Shown one piece after another: positions 10,728-20,639 of a DNA stretch of 64,000 bases (position 1 is its first letter; each line of letters begins with the position of its first letter). The notes beneath the pieces were generated by a model. It saw only the letters and a program-made list of their open reading frames with translations, ran no database searches and was not told the origin of the DNA. The position numbers and the translations under genes were made by a program. The stretch is from contig CAVXWI010000001.1 in NCBI GenBank assembly GCA_963765345.1, positions 114,572-178,571 of the forward strand. The letters are read 5' to 3'. This DNA comes from an uncultured Actinomycetota bacterium (GTDB taxonomy: Bacteria; Actinomycetota; Thermoleophilia; Gaiellales; Gaiellaceae).

Positions 10728-10943
10728 ATGACCAAACACGATATGACCAACGCCACCCTCATCGGCCCGCGACTGAACGCGATGCTTCGAAGGCTGTCGC
10801 TCGCGATCCTGCGTGAGGAGGGACAGACTCTTGCGGAGTACGCGATCATCGTCTCCCTGGTCGCCGTCGTCGTCGTCGGTGTGGTCGCCCTTGTTGGTGC
10901 CCCGATCAGCAGTATGTTCTCTAACGCCGCGCACAAGATCTGA
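10728..10943 (+). CDS. flp: Flp/Fap family type IVb pilin (prepilin)
   Basis: Leader ending ...REEG followed by QTLAEYAIIVSLVAVVVVGVVALVG fits the G/XXXXEY Flp processing motif and hydrophobic stretch. AGGA lies upstream and the ATG is at 10728. Confidence 0.7.
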   Translation: MTKHDMTNATLIGPRLNAMLRRLSLAILREEGQTLAEYAIIVSLVAVVVVGVVALVGAPISSMFSNAAHKI

Positions 10944-11075
10944 GCTCACTGAGCAAGTTTTGCGCGACGGTGAGAACAGGGGGGCGCGGGCCTTGAGGGT
11001 TCTGCTTGGCATGTCGCGGTTGCATCCCCGGTGTTCGAGGCCGGCGTACGCGGCTCGGGTCGCCGTCGACGTGGC

Positions 11076-11630
11076 CTAGATCCCACGGCTCGCGGCTGAG
11101 GGTGAGACGTCCGCAGCGGGCGCAGTTGACGGTGCCGGCCGCGACCTGCGGGGCAAGGGTCTCCCGGAGACGCTTGTGGTTGGACGTCTAAGGAGCTCAC
11201 GGTTGATCGCCTGACGCGCTCGGTTTCGACAGGCGATCGAGCAGAACCGATGGATCCGGTTCACAGGCACAGACGGTGTCGAGCACAGGTCGCATGGACG
11301 CGACCCCGCGACGAAGCGCGGCACGACGCGGCCCGGCGGATACGCCGGGCGGCCCGGGCACGTCGTCCTGCAGAACCGCCGCGAACCGGTCTTCGGGTAA
11401 TAGACGCGGCTGCAGCCCTCAGAGTCCTTCTGCACGGGCTCTGCGCCGGCGGATCGGTCCGGCGACCCGGTTACGCCGGTCCCGGCCGTGCTCCTCTCCG
11501 CAGATGAGTTGCCTGCGAAGCCGCCCGGCTCGAGCCCGCAGACGACCGACGGGCAGTACAGCAGCGGCGTCTTCCGGTCGCACGTTCGGCGCGCTAGCAA
11601 CGGGTCGGCCCTCCGTTTGGCGCTCGTGCA
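11076..11630 (-). CDS. Cys-rich ORF with a CGNR-like zinc-finger C-terminus (doubtful)
   Basis: C-terminal CDLCSTPSVPVNRIHRFCSIACRNRARQAINRELLRR resembles the ABATE/CGNR zinc-finger signature (Cx2C...NR..R.FCS..ACRNRA). The N-terminal part is not convincingly protein-like, and the listed ORF start overlaps tRNA-Asn. Confidence 0.25.
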   Translation of the reverse strand, partial: CTSAKRRADPLLARRTCDRKTPLLYCPSVVCGLEPGGFAGNSSAERSTAGTGVTGSPDRSAGAEPVQKDSEGCSRVYYPKTGSRRFCRTTCPGRPAYPPGRVVPRFVAGSRPCDLCSTPSVPVNRIHRFCSIACRNRARQAINRELLRRPTTSVSGRPLPRRSRPAPSTAPAADVSPSAASRGI

Positions 11631-11642
11631 TGTATAGAGAGG

Positions 11643-11715
<73 letters not shown>

Positions 11716-11834
11716 AGGCGCGGCGGGCCATTGTAGCCCCTGGCGGCAGCCGCCTGATCGCCGCGGGTGCTGCGAGCGAGGTTCCCCGGTAAAGCCGATA
11801 GACCGAATCGGCCGACGGCGGGTATCCTTCGGGC

Positions 11835-12068
11835 ATGAGCCCGATAGCGATCGTGTTATTGGTCGCTGCGGTGGTGCTCGTCGTCGCCGCGGAATGGCCG
11901 CGGGTCGCCTCAGCGATCGGCGTTGACGCGCGCCGCGAGCGCACCCGGAGGAAGCAGAAGGCGAAGCTTCGGGTCGTCCCGTCGGAGTCGGAAGAGTTTG
12001 CTCGCTCGGTCGAGCGGGATCTGGCTGCCTTGCCGACGATCGACGAGCAGGACGCGAAGCGCCGCTAG
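11835..12068 (+). CDS. Small membrane-anchored hypothetical protein
   Basis: N-terminal TM helix (IAIVLLVAAVVLVVAA) then a charged tail; weak RBS. Confidence 0.35.
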   Translation: MSPIAIVLLVAAVVLVVAAEWPRVASAIGVDARRERTRRKQKAKLRVVPSESEEFARSVERDLAALPTIDEQDAKRR

Positions 12069-14455
12069 CGGCTGACGACGACCGTCTCCCGCAGCGTGGC
12101 GGTGTTCGGTTTGATCGCCGCAACGTCCTCCATGTTCTTCAGCTCCTGGTAGTCGGAGGCGGTCACGATCAAGAGGTGGTGCCCCGGGGGCGTCTTGAGG
12201 ACGAGGTGCCCGTCGTGGTAGCGCAGAACGATGCTGCGACCATCGAGGGAGGCGCTGATCGACTCGGGGTCGACACCGGCGCCCGCGTCCGTGATCGAGA
12301 CCGAGACCTTCGCGCCTCGCGTGGAGACGACGCGGATGGTTGGCGGCGTCGTGTCGTTCAGCCAGAAGCGGAATCTGAACGGGCCCGCCACGGCGGCCGA
12401 GCGGGTGTCGAAGACGACGTCGTAGTTTCCCGGTGACGGGAGGACGACACCCGAGACCGGGCGGGGGGTGCCGAAGCTCTCGAGGTAGGGGTTGATGTCC
12501 TGCGGGAGGGCAGCGAAACCGGCGAGGTGGTTCTCGTCACCCGCGAAGACGATGTGGGGAATCGCACTCCCGGAGAGGACGGCGACGCCGAAGTTCGCGA
12601 TTGGCTTGCTGATGTGCACGCGGTAGACGACCTCGGGCCCCGGGTAGAAGCCGTCTCCTATCGTCGGGTATTGGTAGTGGTCGATCTTGCTCTCGCCACC
12701 AGCCGTCGTCGCCGTGTAGATCCCGGGGGTGGTCAGAGGCCTCGACGGCTCGGTCGGCAGCACCGGATGGTCGACCTCGACCCAGTAGGGGATCCGGCGC
12801 GTGTCGGAACCGTGCGTGAGCAGGACGAAACCGGTTGCGTTGCCATTCGGCGCGTTCGACGCCACGGTGGCGGAGACTGAAATCTGGTTCGGGACGGAGA
12901 CACTGTCGGGGACGTTGATCGTCACGCCCGGGTAGGGCTCTTGGAGTGGCGCTGAGACCGACCAGTTGCCGGAGCCGCCGCCGGCGTCGCTGATGTTGAC
13001 GGGCACGGTGCCTCCGTTGACCGGGAAGCTGATCGACGTCGGATCCGCGAAGATCAGCGGGTTGTCGGCCTTGACGAGGTCGATCAGGCCGCCGCCCTCG
13101 CGGAGCACCGACACCTCACCTCCCTGCGCGCCGTGCACCGGGTCGCCGGTCTGGACGAGCGCCGACTTGATCTCCTCCACAGTCCAGGTCGGATGGCGCT
13201 CCATCAGGAGAGCGACCGCCCCGGAGACCTGAGGCGCCGCCATGCTCGTGCCGGACATGGCGCCGAACGGGCCGGACTGGTTGACCGGTAGCGACGAGGT
13301 GATCGCGACGCCTGGGGCGCTGACGTCGGGCTTCAGCTCGAGCGAGATCGGCGTCGGCCCGCCCGAGGAGAAGTCGGCGATCGTGTCGGAGAGCGTCGTT
13401 GCGGCGACCGTGATCGCATCAGGGGAGTTGGCCGGCGAGCTGATCGATCCGTACCCGTACTGGTCGAACTGGTTATCGCCCGCGATCACCGGGACGACGC
13501 CCGCCTGCGCGGCAGCGTCGATCGCGTGGACGACGATGTCGCGTGAGGGCGAGACCTCGGGCTCGCCGAGCGACAGGTTGATCACGTTCATGCCGTCCGC
13601 GACCGCGGCCTCGATTGCCGCCGTGATCTGGGCCGAGTTGCCGTCCAGGCCGAACCCGGGTGTCGGGATGGTCAGTGCCTTGTAGTTACCGAGGTAGGCG
13701 TCGGGAGCGATGCCGGAGAGGAAGAGCGCCCCGTCCTGCGTGTTGTAGTCGCCCGCGGCAATACCGGCGACGTGCGTGGCGTGAAACGAGCCGTTCTCCG
13801 AGGGGTCGAACGGCGCGGTTGCGTAGCGGTAGGATGGCTCGCCGGGCGCGAAGGCCCGCTCGACGATCACCTTGGCGGTGGCGTCCTTCGTGATCCCTTT
13901 GGGAAATCCCGCCGGATATGTGAAGCTCGCAGGGTCGAAGTAGACGTGCTGCGTGTCGATCCCGTCGTCGATGATGCCGATCTTGATCCCCTCCCCAGCC
14001 GTCGAGAGGTTGGCGCCCCAGAGCTTGTCGGCGCCGATCACCTGAGGGCCCTGGTTCATTGCCTGAGCCCGCGTCACCGTCGTGCGCGTGACCGAAAGGG
14101 AGTGGTAGACGAGGTTCGGCCAGACCTTCGCGATCCCGCGAATCGAGGTCAGCTTTGCGACGTCGGCGGTCGGTACGACGATCGCAAACCCGTCGGCGAC
14201 GATCCGGTAGCGATAGAGGATCTGAGCGCTCGGGATCGAGGAGAGGAGGTTCGAGCGCGCCTGCGCCTGCGCCCGGGCAAGTCGTTTGCCGTAGGAGACG
14301 GTGCCGGCCGAGGTCAACGACCGGCCCTCGGCGAGCAGCGAGGGCGCGTTCAGCGTGACCACGACCTCGGTCGTCGGCACCGCTTGTGCCGCGAGACCGC
14401 TGCCCGAAAGGCAGGCGACGGACGCGGCCGTCGCGACGAGGAGGGCTAGACGCTT
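12065..14455 (-). CDS. S8 family subtilisin-like serine peptidase, secreted, with N-terminal I9 inhibitor domain and C-terminal extension
   Basis: Catalytic triad blocks IIDDGID, HATHVAGIAAG and GTSMAAP; signal peptide LKRLALLVATAASVACLSGSGLAAQA. The listed ORF start (14503) lies inside tRNA-Leu, so the true start is unclear. Confidence 0.9.
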   Translation of the reverse strand, partial: KRLALLVATAASVACLSGSGLAAQAVPTTEVVVTLNAPSLLAEGRSLTSAGTVSYGKRLARAQAQARSNLLSSIPSAQILYRYRIVADGFAIVVPTADVAKLTSIRGIAKVWPNLVYHSLSVTRTTVTRAQAMNQGPQVIGADKLWGANLSTAGEGIKIGIIDDGIDTQHVYFDPASFTYPAGFPKGITKDATAKVIVERAFAPGEPSYRYATAPFDPSENGSFHATHVAGIAAGDYNTQDGALFLSGIAPDAYLGNYKALTIPTPGFGLDGNSAQITAAIEAAVADGMNVINLSLGEPEVSPSRDIVVHAIDAAAQAGVVPVIAGDNQFDQYGYGSISSPANSPDAITVAATTLSDTIADFSSGGPTPISLELKPDVSAPGVAITSSLPVNQSGPFGAMSGTSMAAPQVSGAVALLMERHPTWTVEEIKSALVQTGDPVHGAQGGEVSVLREGGGLIDLVKADNPLIFADPTSISFPVNGGTVPVNISDAGGGSGNWSVSAPLQEPYPGVTINVPDSVSVPNQISVSATVASNAPNGNATGFVLLTHGSDTRRIPYWVEVDHPVLPTEPSRPLTTPGIYTATTAGGESKIDHYQYPTIGDGFYPGPEVVYRVHISKPIANFGVAVLSGSAIPHIVFAGDENHLAGFAALPQDINPYLESFGTPRPVSGVVLPSPGNYDVVFDTRSAAVAGPFRFRFWLNDTTPPTIRVVSTRGAKVSVSITDAGAGVDPESISASLDGRSIVLRYHDGHLVLKTPPGHHLLIVTASDYQELKNMEDVAAIKPNTATLRETVVVSR

Positions 14456-14460
14456 CAGAG

Positions 14461-14544
14461 TGCGGATGAGAGGACTTGAACCTCCACGTCCAAAAGGACA
14501 CACGGACCTGAACCGTGCGCGTCTACCAATTCCGCCACATCCGC
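14461..14544 (-). tRNA. tRNA-Leu (CAG)
   Basis: GCGGATG acceptor, anticodon loop UUCAGGU, long variable arm, T-arm GGTTCAAGTCC. Confidence 0.9.
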
Positions 14545-14643
14545 GTGACGCTCCAGTCTAGCTCCGGCGTGCTTTCCGCCGGACATGCTGCAAAGTCGCC
14601 GACCGCTCCGCGCGCGGCCCCCGCGCCGCTACCATCAGCGGCG

Positions 14644-14874
14644 GTGAGTGCGGAGAGGCTTCAGACGCTGCTGGAGGGTGCGTTTCCGGACGCGTCCGAA
14701 GTGCGGGTGATCGACCGAGGCGGGGGCGACCACTTCGAGGTTCGCGTCACCGCGCCGGCCTTCAACGGCCTGACACGAATCCAGCAGCACAAGATGGTGT
14801 ACGAAGCGCTCGACGAGCCTTGGCAGGATGGATCAATTCACGAGCTGCGGATCAACACGAAAGGGACTCCCTAG
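14644..14874 (+). CDS. BolA family protein
   Basis: C-terminal FNGLTRIQQHKMVYEAL...IHEL.I.T BolA signature; GTG start. Its stop overlaps the Grx start (taGTG). Confidence 0.75.
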   Translation: MSAERLQTLLEGAFPDASEVRVIDRGGGDHFEVRVTAPAFNGLTRIQQHKMVYEALDEPWQDGSIHELRINTKGTP

Positions 14875-15254
14875 TGACCGAGAAGACAGCCACCTACACC
14901 GAGAAGATTCAGGACGTCATCGACGGCGCGGACGTCGCATTGTTTATGAAGGGCACCCCGGAGGCGATCATGTGCGGCAATAGCGAGCGGGCTCTCGGCG
15001 CGCTTCGCCGCGCAGGCGCGCCAATCACCGCGGTCGACGTGCTTCTCGACATGCAGATCCGCGAGGACCTCTCGGCAATCTCGGGTTGGCCGACGATCCC
15101 GCAGGTGTTCGTGAAGGGCGAGCTCGTAGGCGGCGCCGACATCGTCGAGGATATGGAGCGGTCGGGTGAGCTCGAGCAAGTTCTCGTCGCAAAGCTCGGC
15201 GATAACTACTGGGACAGCCGGGGCGAGAATGTCGTCGCCATAGTCGAACGCTGA
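14874..15254 (+). CDS. Monothiol glutaredoxin (Grx4 family)
   Basis: VALFMKGTPEAIMCGNSERA (CGFS-type variant), WPTIPQVF and GELVGGADIV; translationally coupled to bolA. Confidence 0.85.
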   Translation: MTEKTATYTEKIQDVIDGADVALFMKGTPEAIMCGNSERALGALRRAGAPITAVDVLLDMQIREDLSAISGWPTIPQVFVKGELVGGADIVEDMERSGELEQVLVAKLGDNYWDSRGENVVAIVER

Positions 15255-15419
15255 CCGAGTCGAACGTTCGGTTCTGACCGACGATCCTCGGTCGCGCTTA
15301 GATGCTCGGCGCGACCGGATGTGGGTGGGTCAGCAACCTCGCTCAGCTGACAGGCTTTACCCTCGGCGTCCAGGCGCGACGTTTAGAGATGCTTCAGACG
15401 CTTCTGTTCTACTGAGCGG

Positions 15420-16062
15420 ATGGACCGTCGACGCCTTGCCCTGCGCGGTGCTGTGTTCGCGGCGGGGCTTGCGAGTTTCGTGCTGGTTGCATCCGGCTGC
15501 GGCGGGGGCTCGAAGTCGCCGTCGATCGCGAGCCTCGGAACGACAACCTCGAACGATGTTGGCAGCGGCGCGACCAACTCGGGTGCGTTCTCGTTGCCAC
15601 CGGGATCAGGGATCGGAGCGAGCATCTCCACGAGCCTGGGCACGGGCGCGGCTGGCGTCAGGTTCACAGCTTGCATGCGCTCCCACGGGGTCGCCAACTT
15701 TCCCGACGCGGACTCGCAGGGGACGATCACGATCACCGTGTCGGCGTCGCTGAATCCGAGCTCGCCCGCGTTCCAGCGAGCAGTAGCAGCCTGTCACGAT
15801 CTCATTCCGTCCGGGATCGGAGGCTGGACACACGCTCTCCCAGGCGCAGCAGCAGCAGATGAAAGCCCGCCTGCTGGCGTTCGCCGCGTGCATGCGTTCG
15901 CACGGGGTGCCGAGCTACCCCGACCCGAAGTTCTCGAACGGAGGAGTCAGCCAAGGGTATGGCCCGAAAGACGGGGTCGACCCGAACTCACCGATCTTCC
16001 AGGCAGCCCAGAAGACCTGCCAGAGCAATGAAGCACCTTCATCGAACGAGACATCAGGCTGA
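15420..16062 (+). CDS. Two-domain lipoprotein (CMRSHGVxxFPDP repeat family) with an apparent 1-nt frameshift near 15838
   Basis: Lipobox LVASGCGGGS. Domain 1 (RFTACMRSHGVANFPDA...NPSSPAFQRAVAACHDLIPSG) is in frame 1; domain 2 (AFAACMRSHGVPSYPDP...DPNSPIFQAAQKTCQ) is in the +1 frame (15859..16062); the join is in a ccggg run. Confidence 0.6.
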
Positions 16063-16074
16063 ACGGACCGCCGG

Positions 16075-16374
16075 TCAGGCGTCTCGTGACTCGGGCAGGC
16101 GCCACACCTTTCTTCCGATCGCCCTTCTAGCCTGCTTCCCGGGTGGTCGTGGACGCTTGTGGGAGTGTGTCTCCTCTCGCGCTTGCTGGCCCACCGGAGG
16201 GTGGAGGGCGACGCAGTCGGGGCAGAACTGTATGTCCGCGCCCTCAGAGAGCCAACCCTCGAGCGGGCTCTTAGCAAGGTCTGGCTCGAGAGCCGACTCG
16301 CCACAGTTGTCGCACGTGTGAAGCGCGATGCCGTAAGGCACCGATCCGTACGAGACACCGAAGCGAACGCTCAT
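16075..16374 (-). CDS. Hypothetical zinc-ribbon-like small protein
   Basis: HTCDNCGES...(24 aa)...FCPDCVALH pair of CxxC motifs; protein-like composition; no RBS checked. Confidence 0.3.
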   Translation of the reverse strand: MSVRFGVSYGSVPYGIALHTCDNCGESALEPDLAKSPLEGWLSEGADIQFCPDCVALHPPVGQQAREETHSHKRPRPPGKQARRAIGRKVWRLPESRDA

Positions 16375-17154
16375 CGACCGCGACCATCGCACGGACCAAT
16401 GGCCGTGTCAACGGACGACGGGATTCCGATCTAGCCAGACGAGCTGCCATTGCGGACCAACCTCGATTCTGCGACCCGACGGTCTCGGGGCGTGCTCTCG
16501 AACGCCGAGCCAGGCGACTGTGATCTCGCTCGCGCGTCCCGGGTGACTCCCCCGGACTGCGGCGTACCCAATCGGAGATCGCCGTCCGCCGAGTGGGCCG
16601 AACCTGGCGCAAGTAAGCTTTCGGAATGAAAGGTCTTCGCGCCTTCCTCGACGGCCTCCCTGGTGGGCACCGACCGCCGACCGGCCCGTTGACTACTTCG
16701 GAGACAGCCGAAGCCGAAGAACTCCGACAGGAGGCTCTGGCTAAAGACGAAGAGCGGATCGAGCACGAAGCCGGAGCCACCCCGAAACCAGACTCCAGTT
16801 CCTCGTAATCGCGAGGGGCATGGCAGCCGGTATCAAGCCTTCTCGGCTCGTCTATTCAGGGCGGCCCAGCAATGTGGATCGGGCGACAGTTCGGACACTG
16901 CCTCCCATCGCGCTGGTTTCAGGATCCGCACCAACCGGCTCCGAGTGCGCCGCCGCCTGGAACACGGGCGCCTCGGTGCCGGAAGGAAGCTGTTTTAGCC
17001 GTACCGACCAACTCCCAGCGCCCTTGCCTTCACATCCGCTCGCCGCAGCGCCGCCGCACGCAGGCATGTTTTTGAAACGAAAGGCCCGTGGCAGTCAGTC
17101 TCGTCACATCGGACGCTGCAAGGACTGCCGGAGGGCACGCTCTGTGAACTCCGC

Positions 17155-17367
17155 TCACGGACCGCTGGAACTGCTGTATGGCAGACCCGCCGGCATCAGC
17201 TTGTCGCAGATCGCAAGTGCGTTCTTGAATTGGGAAGAGTTTGTGTCGATCGCCGACGAGCCGCGGAACGTGACGGTGTTGTTGGGGGCACGCCCGGAAA
17301 CTGAAGAGCCGGCAGATCGGCCCACACAGCGACTTGCTTCCCGGGTTCCCTTATCTCGGGCCGGCAA
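17155..17367 (-). pseudogene. Relic of the CMRSHGV/FPDP lipoprotein family (domain C-terminus only)
   Basis: ...IDTNSSQFKNALAICDKLMPAGL aligns with the domain ends NPSSPAFQRAVAACHDLIPSG and DPNSPIFQAAQKTCQ of the 15420 and 25032 genes; no intact upstream part. Confidence 0.35.
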
Positions 17368-17729
17368 GAACGGACGGCTATCTGGGCCGGCACACCAGAA
17401 CCGGACGACGACGACCTAGAGAGGCCGCTGCACCGCATGACGTCGACCCTTCAGGGGGTCGTCATCATCTCGCATGCCTTCCGATCGCTGAAGTGCACGA
17501 CGTCTGCTCGATGAACGCGAGGTCGCTCCGGGGGTCAACCAGGCACCCTGGCGCAGACGAGTCGCCCGAGGCCGGGACTAGCGACTCGCAGTCCTTCCGC
17601 TCCGAAAGATCCAGTAGCCACCAGCGGCGGTAGCAAGACCAAGATCGCCGCAGCGACAGCAAAGCTCCGCAAGGGCTGCCGATCGAGACTGCCGCGACAA
17701 TCGGCACTCCCGGCGGACATGCAGGCCGA

Positions 17730-18002
17730 CTAGTAGCCCAAGGGAAACCAGACGCCGCGAACATGAGGTGGCCCCATGTTCGGCAGAACGTGCCCGTGGT
17801 CGAGCAACGAAACGTCCACGTCCTTGCGAATCTCCTTGACGGGCGGAAGCGATCCGTCGCTGAACACTCGATGAGCAATAAGTTGAAGTGCATCGCGTTG
17901 GTCGATCGCGGTCACGCCGAAACCGATACGCGTACCCACCGGAGGCTCTGCCTCGGCGGCGTAGTCGAACTCGACCCAGAAGCGAGTCAGCCCCTCGAGC
18001 AT
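17730..18002 (-). CDS. Orphan hypothetical protein
   Basis: 90-aa ORF with a balanced, protein-like composition (MLEGLTRFWVEFDYAAEAEPPVGTRIGFGVTAIDQRDALQLIAHRVFSDGSLPPVKEIRKDVDVSLLDHG...) in an otherwise incoherent region. Confidence 0.35.
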   Translation of the reverse strand: MLEGLTRFWVEFDYAAEAEPPVGTRIGFGVTAIDQRDALQLIAHRVFSDGSLPPVKEIRKDVDVSLLDHGHVLPNMGPPHVRGVWFPLGY

Positions 18003-18823
18003 GCTTCGAGCATATGCATGCTCGGGTGCCCGGGTGGCTTGGTCCCGAAGGTCTCAAGACTCCCAATGCGCCGCCACGGCTGAGCTTCGTCGCGATCTCG
18101 TCTCCGCTCCGTCACTGGGTACGCGCGAGCAGAGGTCGGAGTTCGCCCATCCTACGATCTCGTAATCCGACCGAGGTACGAGCAGCTGGCGTAGGTACTG
18201 GGAGCCCTTGGGTAAAGGATGCCTCGCAAGTCAGGACGAGGCCAGAACGTTTACAGCACCCGCGAATGGATGTTCACCTACGAGGGAACAGGCCGCCGGC
18301 CGCAGAGCTCACACACAATCCCGTACCGCTTGACACCTGCCGCAGTGACTGCGATCTGTCGCCGGACAAGGCTATGCGTACACGCACTGACGGGCCCCAG
18401 AAGTCTGTGGAGCGGCGTCACCTCGGGAACAAGTCGCACCGCGCCGCCCACAGCCGGGCAGGCAGGCACGTGCTCCGCCCACACCAGGTTCGGCCCCTGG
18501 CCCGTTACGGCCATCCAGCCGCATGCATCACATACGACCTCGATCAGAGGAGCACCGATAAGAACGAGTCGCGCACCTTCAGTCAGAATACCCGCCTCCT
18601 CTCGCCCGGCATGTCCTTGGGATCTCTGGAAGGTGTCTCGTTCGAGACTCTCAGATCCGCGTGTGGTCGATGACGATCGCGCGTAGCTGCTCAGGGCGGA
18701 GGCTGCGGGTGTCGGGTTTATCTTGCGACGCGTTCGCCTCGGAGGAGCGGTAGTCGAGATGGGGCGGGCTTCAAGTCTCCCGGCGCCTGGCACCGCCCGA
18801 CTGCGGTTCATCACTTCGAACAC

Positions 18824-19258
18824 ATGGCCATCCGGCTGATGGATCACGTCGGCATCGTGGTTGACCACCTCGCGGCCGCGATTGAGTTCTTCGTCGAGCT
18901 CGGAGTCGTGCTGCAGGGCGAGGGGCCCGTCGAAGGTCGCTGGGTGGACCGTCGTTGGGCTCGAGGGCGTACGGGCGGATATTGCGATCATGCAAACACC
19001 GGACGGTACCCGGCGACTCGAGCAGACGAAGTTCCACTCGCCGTCGAACCAGGGCGACAATCGACGCGCGCCGGCGAATACGCGCGAATCCGCCACGTCG
19101 CATTCGCCGTCCAGAACATCAACACCGTCGTTGCCGGCCTCGGAACCCGCGGCGTTGAACGTGTCGGCGAGCTCGAGCGCTGCGAGGACAGGTACCGGCT
19201 TAGCTATGTCTGCGGCCCGGAGGGGAGCAACATCGAGCTGGCGGAGCAGATCAGCTAA
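18824..19258 (+). pseudogene. VOC/glyoxalase family gene with two frame disruptions
   Basis: Frame 1 reads MAIRLMDHVGIVVDHLAAAIEFFVELGVVLQGEGPVEG; the +1 frame reads VVGLEGVRADIAIMQTPDGTRRLEQTKFHSPS...APANT; the text then returns to frame 1 with RIRHVAFAVQNINTVVAGL...GPEGSNIELAEQIS. Crossings are near 18945 and 19085. Confidence 0.6.
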
Positions 19259-19441
19259 CGGTCGAATCGATTGCCGCCCTGTCACGGGGGGCGCCGTCGC
19301 GGGGATCGGAGCCCCCTGGATGATCACGTCGCCGCCATCGGCCGGTCGCTTCCGCACCCATGACCGACGCCGACATGAGAGTTCCCGAAGAGTCGCGACG
19401 GATACGTCGTCATCGCCGCGAGAACAGGCTAGGTTAAAGGA

Positions 19442-20179
19442 ATGGCGCCGTACCCCTTCCGGATAGCTGCGTGCGCCTCTGCGACGGCTGCGGTTGCGGT
19501 CGGCGTCGCCGGGTGCGGCGGCTCCACGACTACGAAATCGGCTTCGAACAAAGCATCCGGGCTGACGGTGGTTGTCGCCGGCGATCAGGTCACCCTCAAG
19601 CGGTCTGCAACGAGCACGGCTGGCACAGCCGGTGTCTCCGGCCAAATCGCCTGCACCGATGATTACCGCAAGCTCCTGACGGCCAAAGCGGAGCCGGCGC
19701 CGACACAGGCATGGTATGCGGTGACGCTCATCACCTGGCCGGGAGCACATAAGCAAAGTACGGCGACACTTTCGCACTCGCTGAAGGATCCCGAGCTCTG
19801 TGTCGTACAGACCGCGGACTCGAGCACCCAGGTGGTCGTCTACTTCCGACCGGGCGTGAAGACCGACACCGAGAAGCTACAGCAGGCCTTGCAGGCAACG
19901 GCCGCGTTGAAGGCTGCAGCGCATGTCGCCGCCAGCACGGTCAAGACGGGCTCCTTCCCGACCGTGAGTTCGCTCGTCAAGACACTGGCCGCGCAAGGCC
20001 TCTACGTCAAGCAGGCGGCCACGCTCGGCGACGTGACGGACGTCGGCACGATCTACCTCATCACGCCGCAGACGACGAAGAACATGTTCGTCGCCGCGGT
20101 AAAGGGTGAAACTGGCGACGTCGACACGGTCACGCAAGGCGTCAAGGGCTCACCGAAAATCACAACGGCAAAGTCGTGA
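19442..20179 (+). CDS. Lipoprotein, hypothetical
   Basis: Signal plus lipobox AVAVGVAGCGGS; 245 aa, T/A-rich. Confidence 0.7.
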   Translation: MAPYPFRIAACASATAAVAVGVAGCGGSTTTKSASNKASGLTVVVAGDQVTLKRSATSTAGTAGVSGQIACTDDYRKLLTAKAEPAPTQAWYAVTLITWPGAHKQSTATLSHSLKDPELCVVQTADSSTQVVVYFRPGVKTDTEKLQQALQATAALKAAAHVAASTVKTGSFPTVSSLVKTLAAQGLYVKQAATLGDVTDVGTIYLITPQTTKNMFVAAVKGETGDVDTVTQGVKGSPKITTAKS

Positions 20180-20639
20180 CCTCGAGCGCAACTCGCATCC
20201 TCTGCGGGTTGCGGCGAAGGACGGGGACGGACGTGCTCCCCGTCGCGGTTGCCAGTTCACGCCGCGATGTTGCAGATCTTCCCGGTCTCCTTGACGTCCT
20301 AAGCCCTTGCATGCTCCCGCGTCAGCCACGGTGGCACGCCGAGAACGCCGCAGCGGGGGAGCAAGCAGCCCATCTGATGCCTCAGGCGTTGTCCGGAGCA
20401 CGAGATCTGCGAGCAAGTATCATGGCGGTGACGCGAGGCGATCGTGGTCGCTCATTTAGCAAGCGAGCGCGCCACCGTTCGAGCCGGTCGCGGCGTTGCC
20501 AGCCAGGTCGGCGCCGAGCAGTACCATCTCAACGCCAGCCGCCTCCCCAGCAAAGGAGCTGACGTCGCGGTGAACCCGGCGGGGTCAACAGAACCGGAGG
20601 CATATTGACCGCCGACGACAAGCGGCGCCGCTCGCCGGC

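Noticed and set aside
17578-18066. Weak CMRSHGV-like match (TRACICSKHARG) in a minus-strand ORF as a further lipoprotein-family relic
   Set aside because: The similarity is too weak and short; only the 17155-17367 fragment aligns convincingly.
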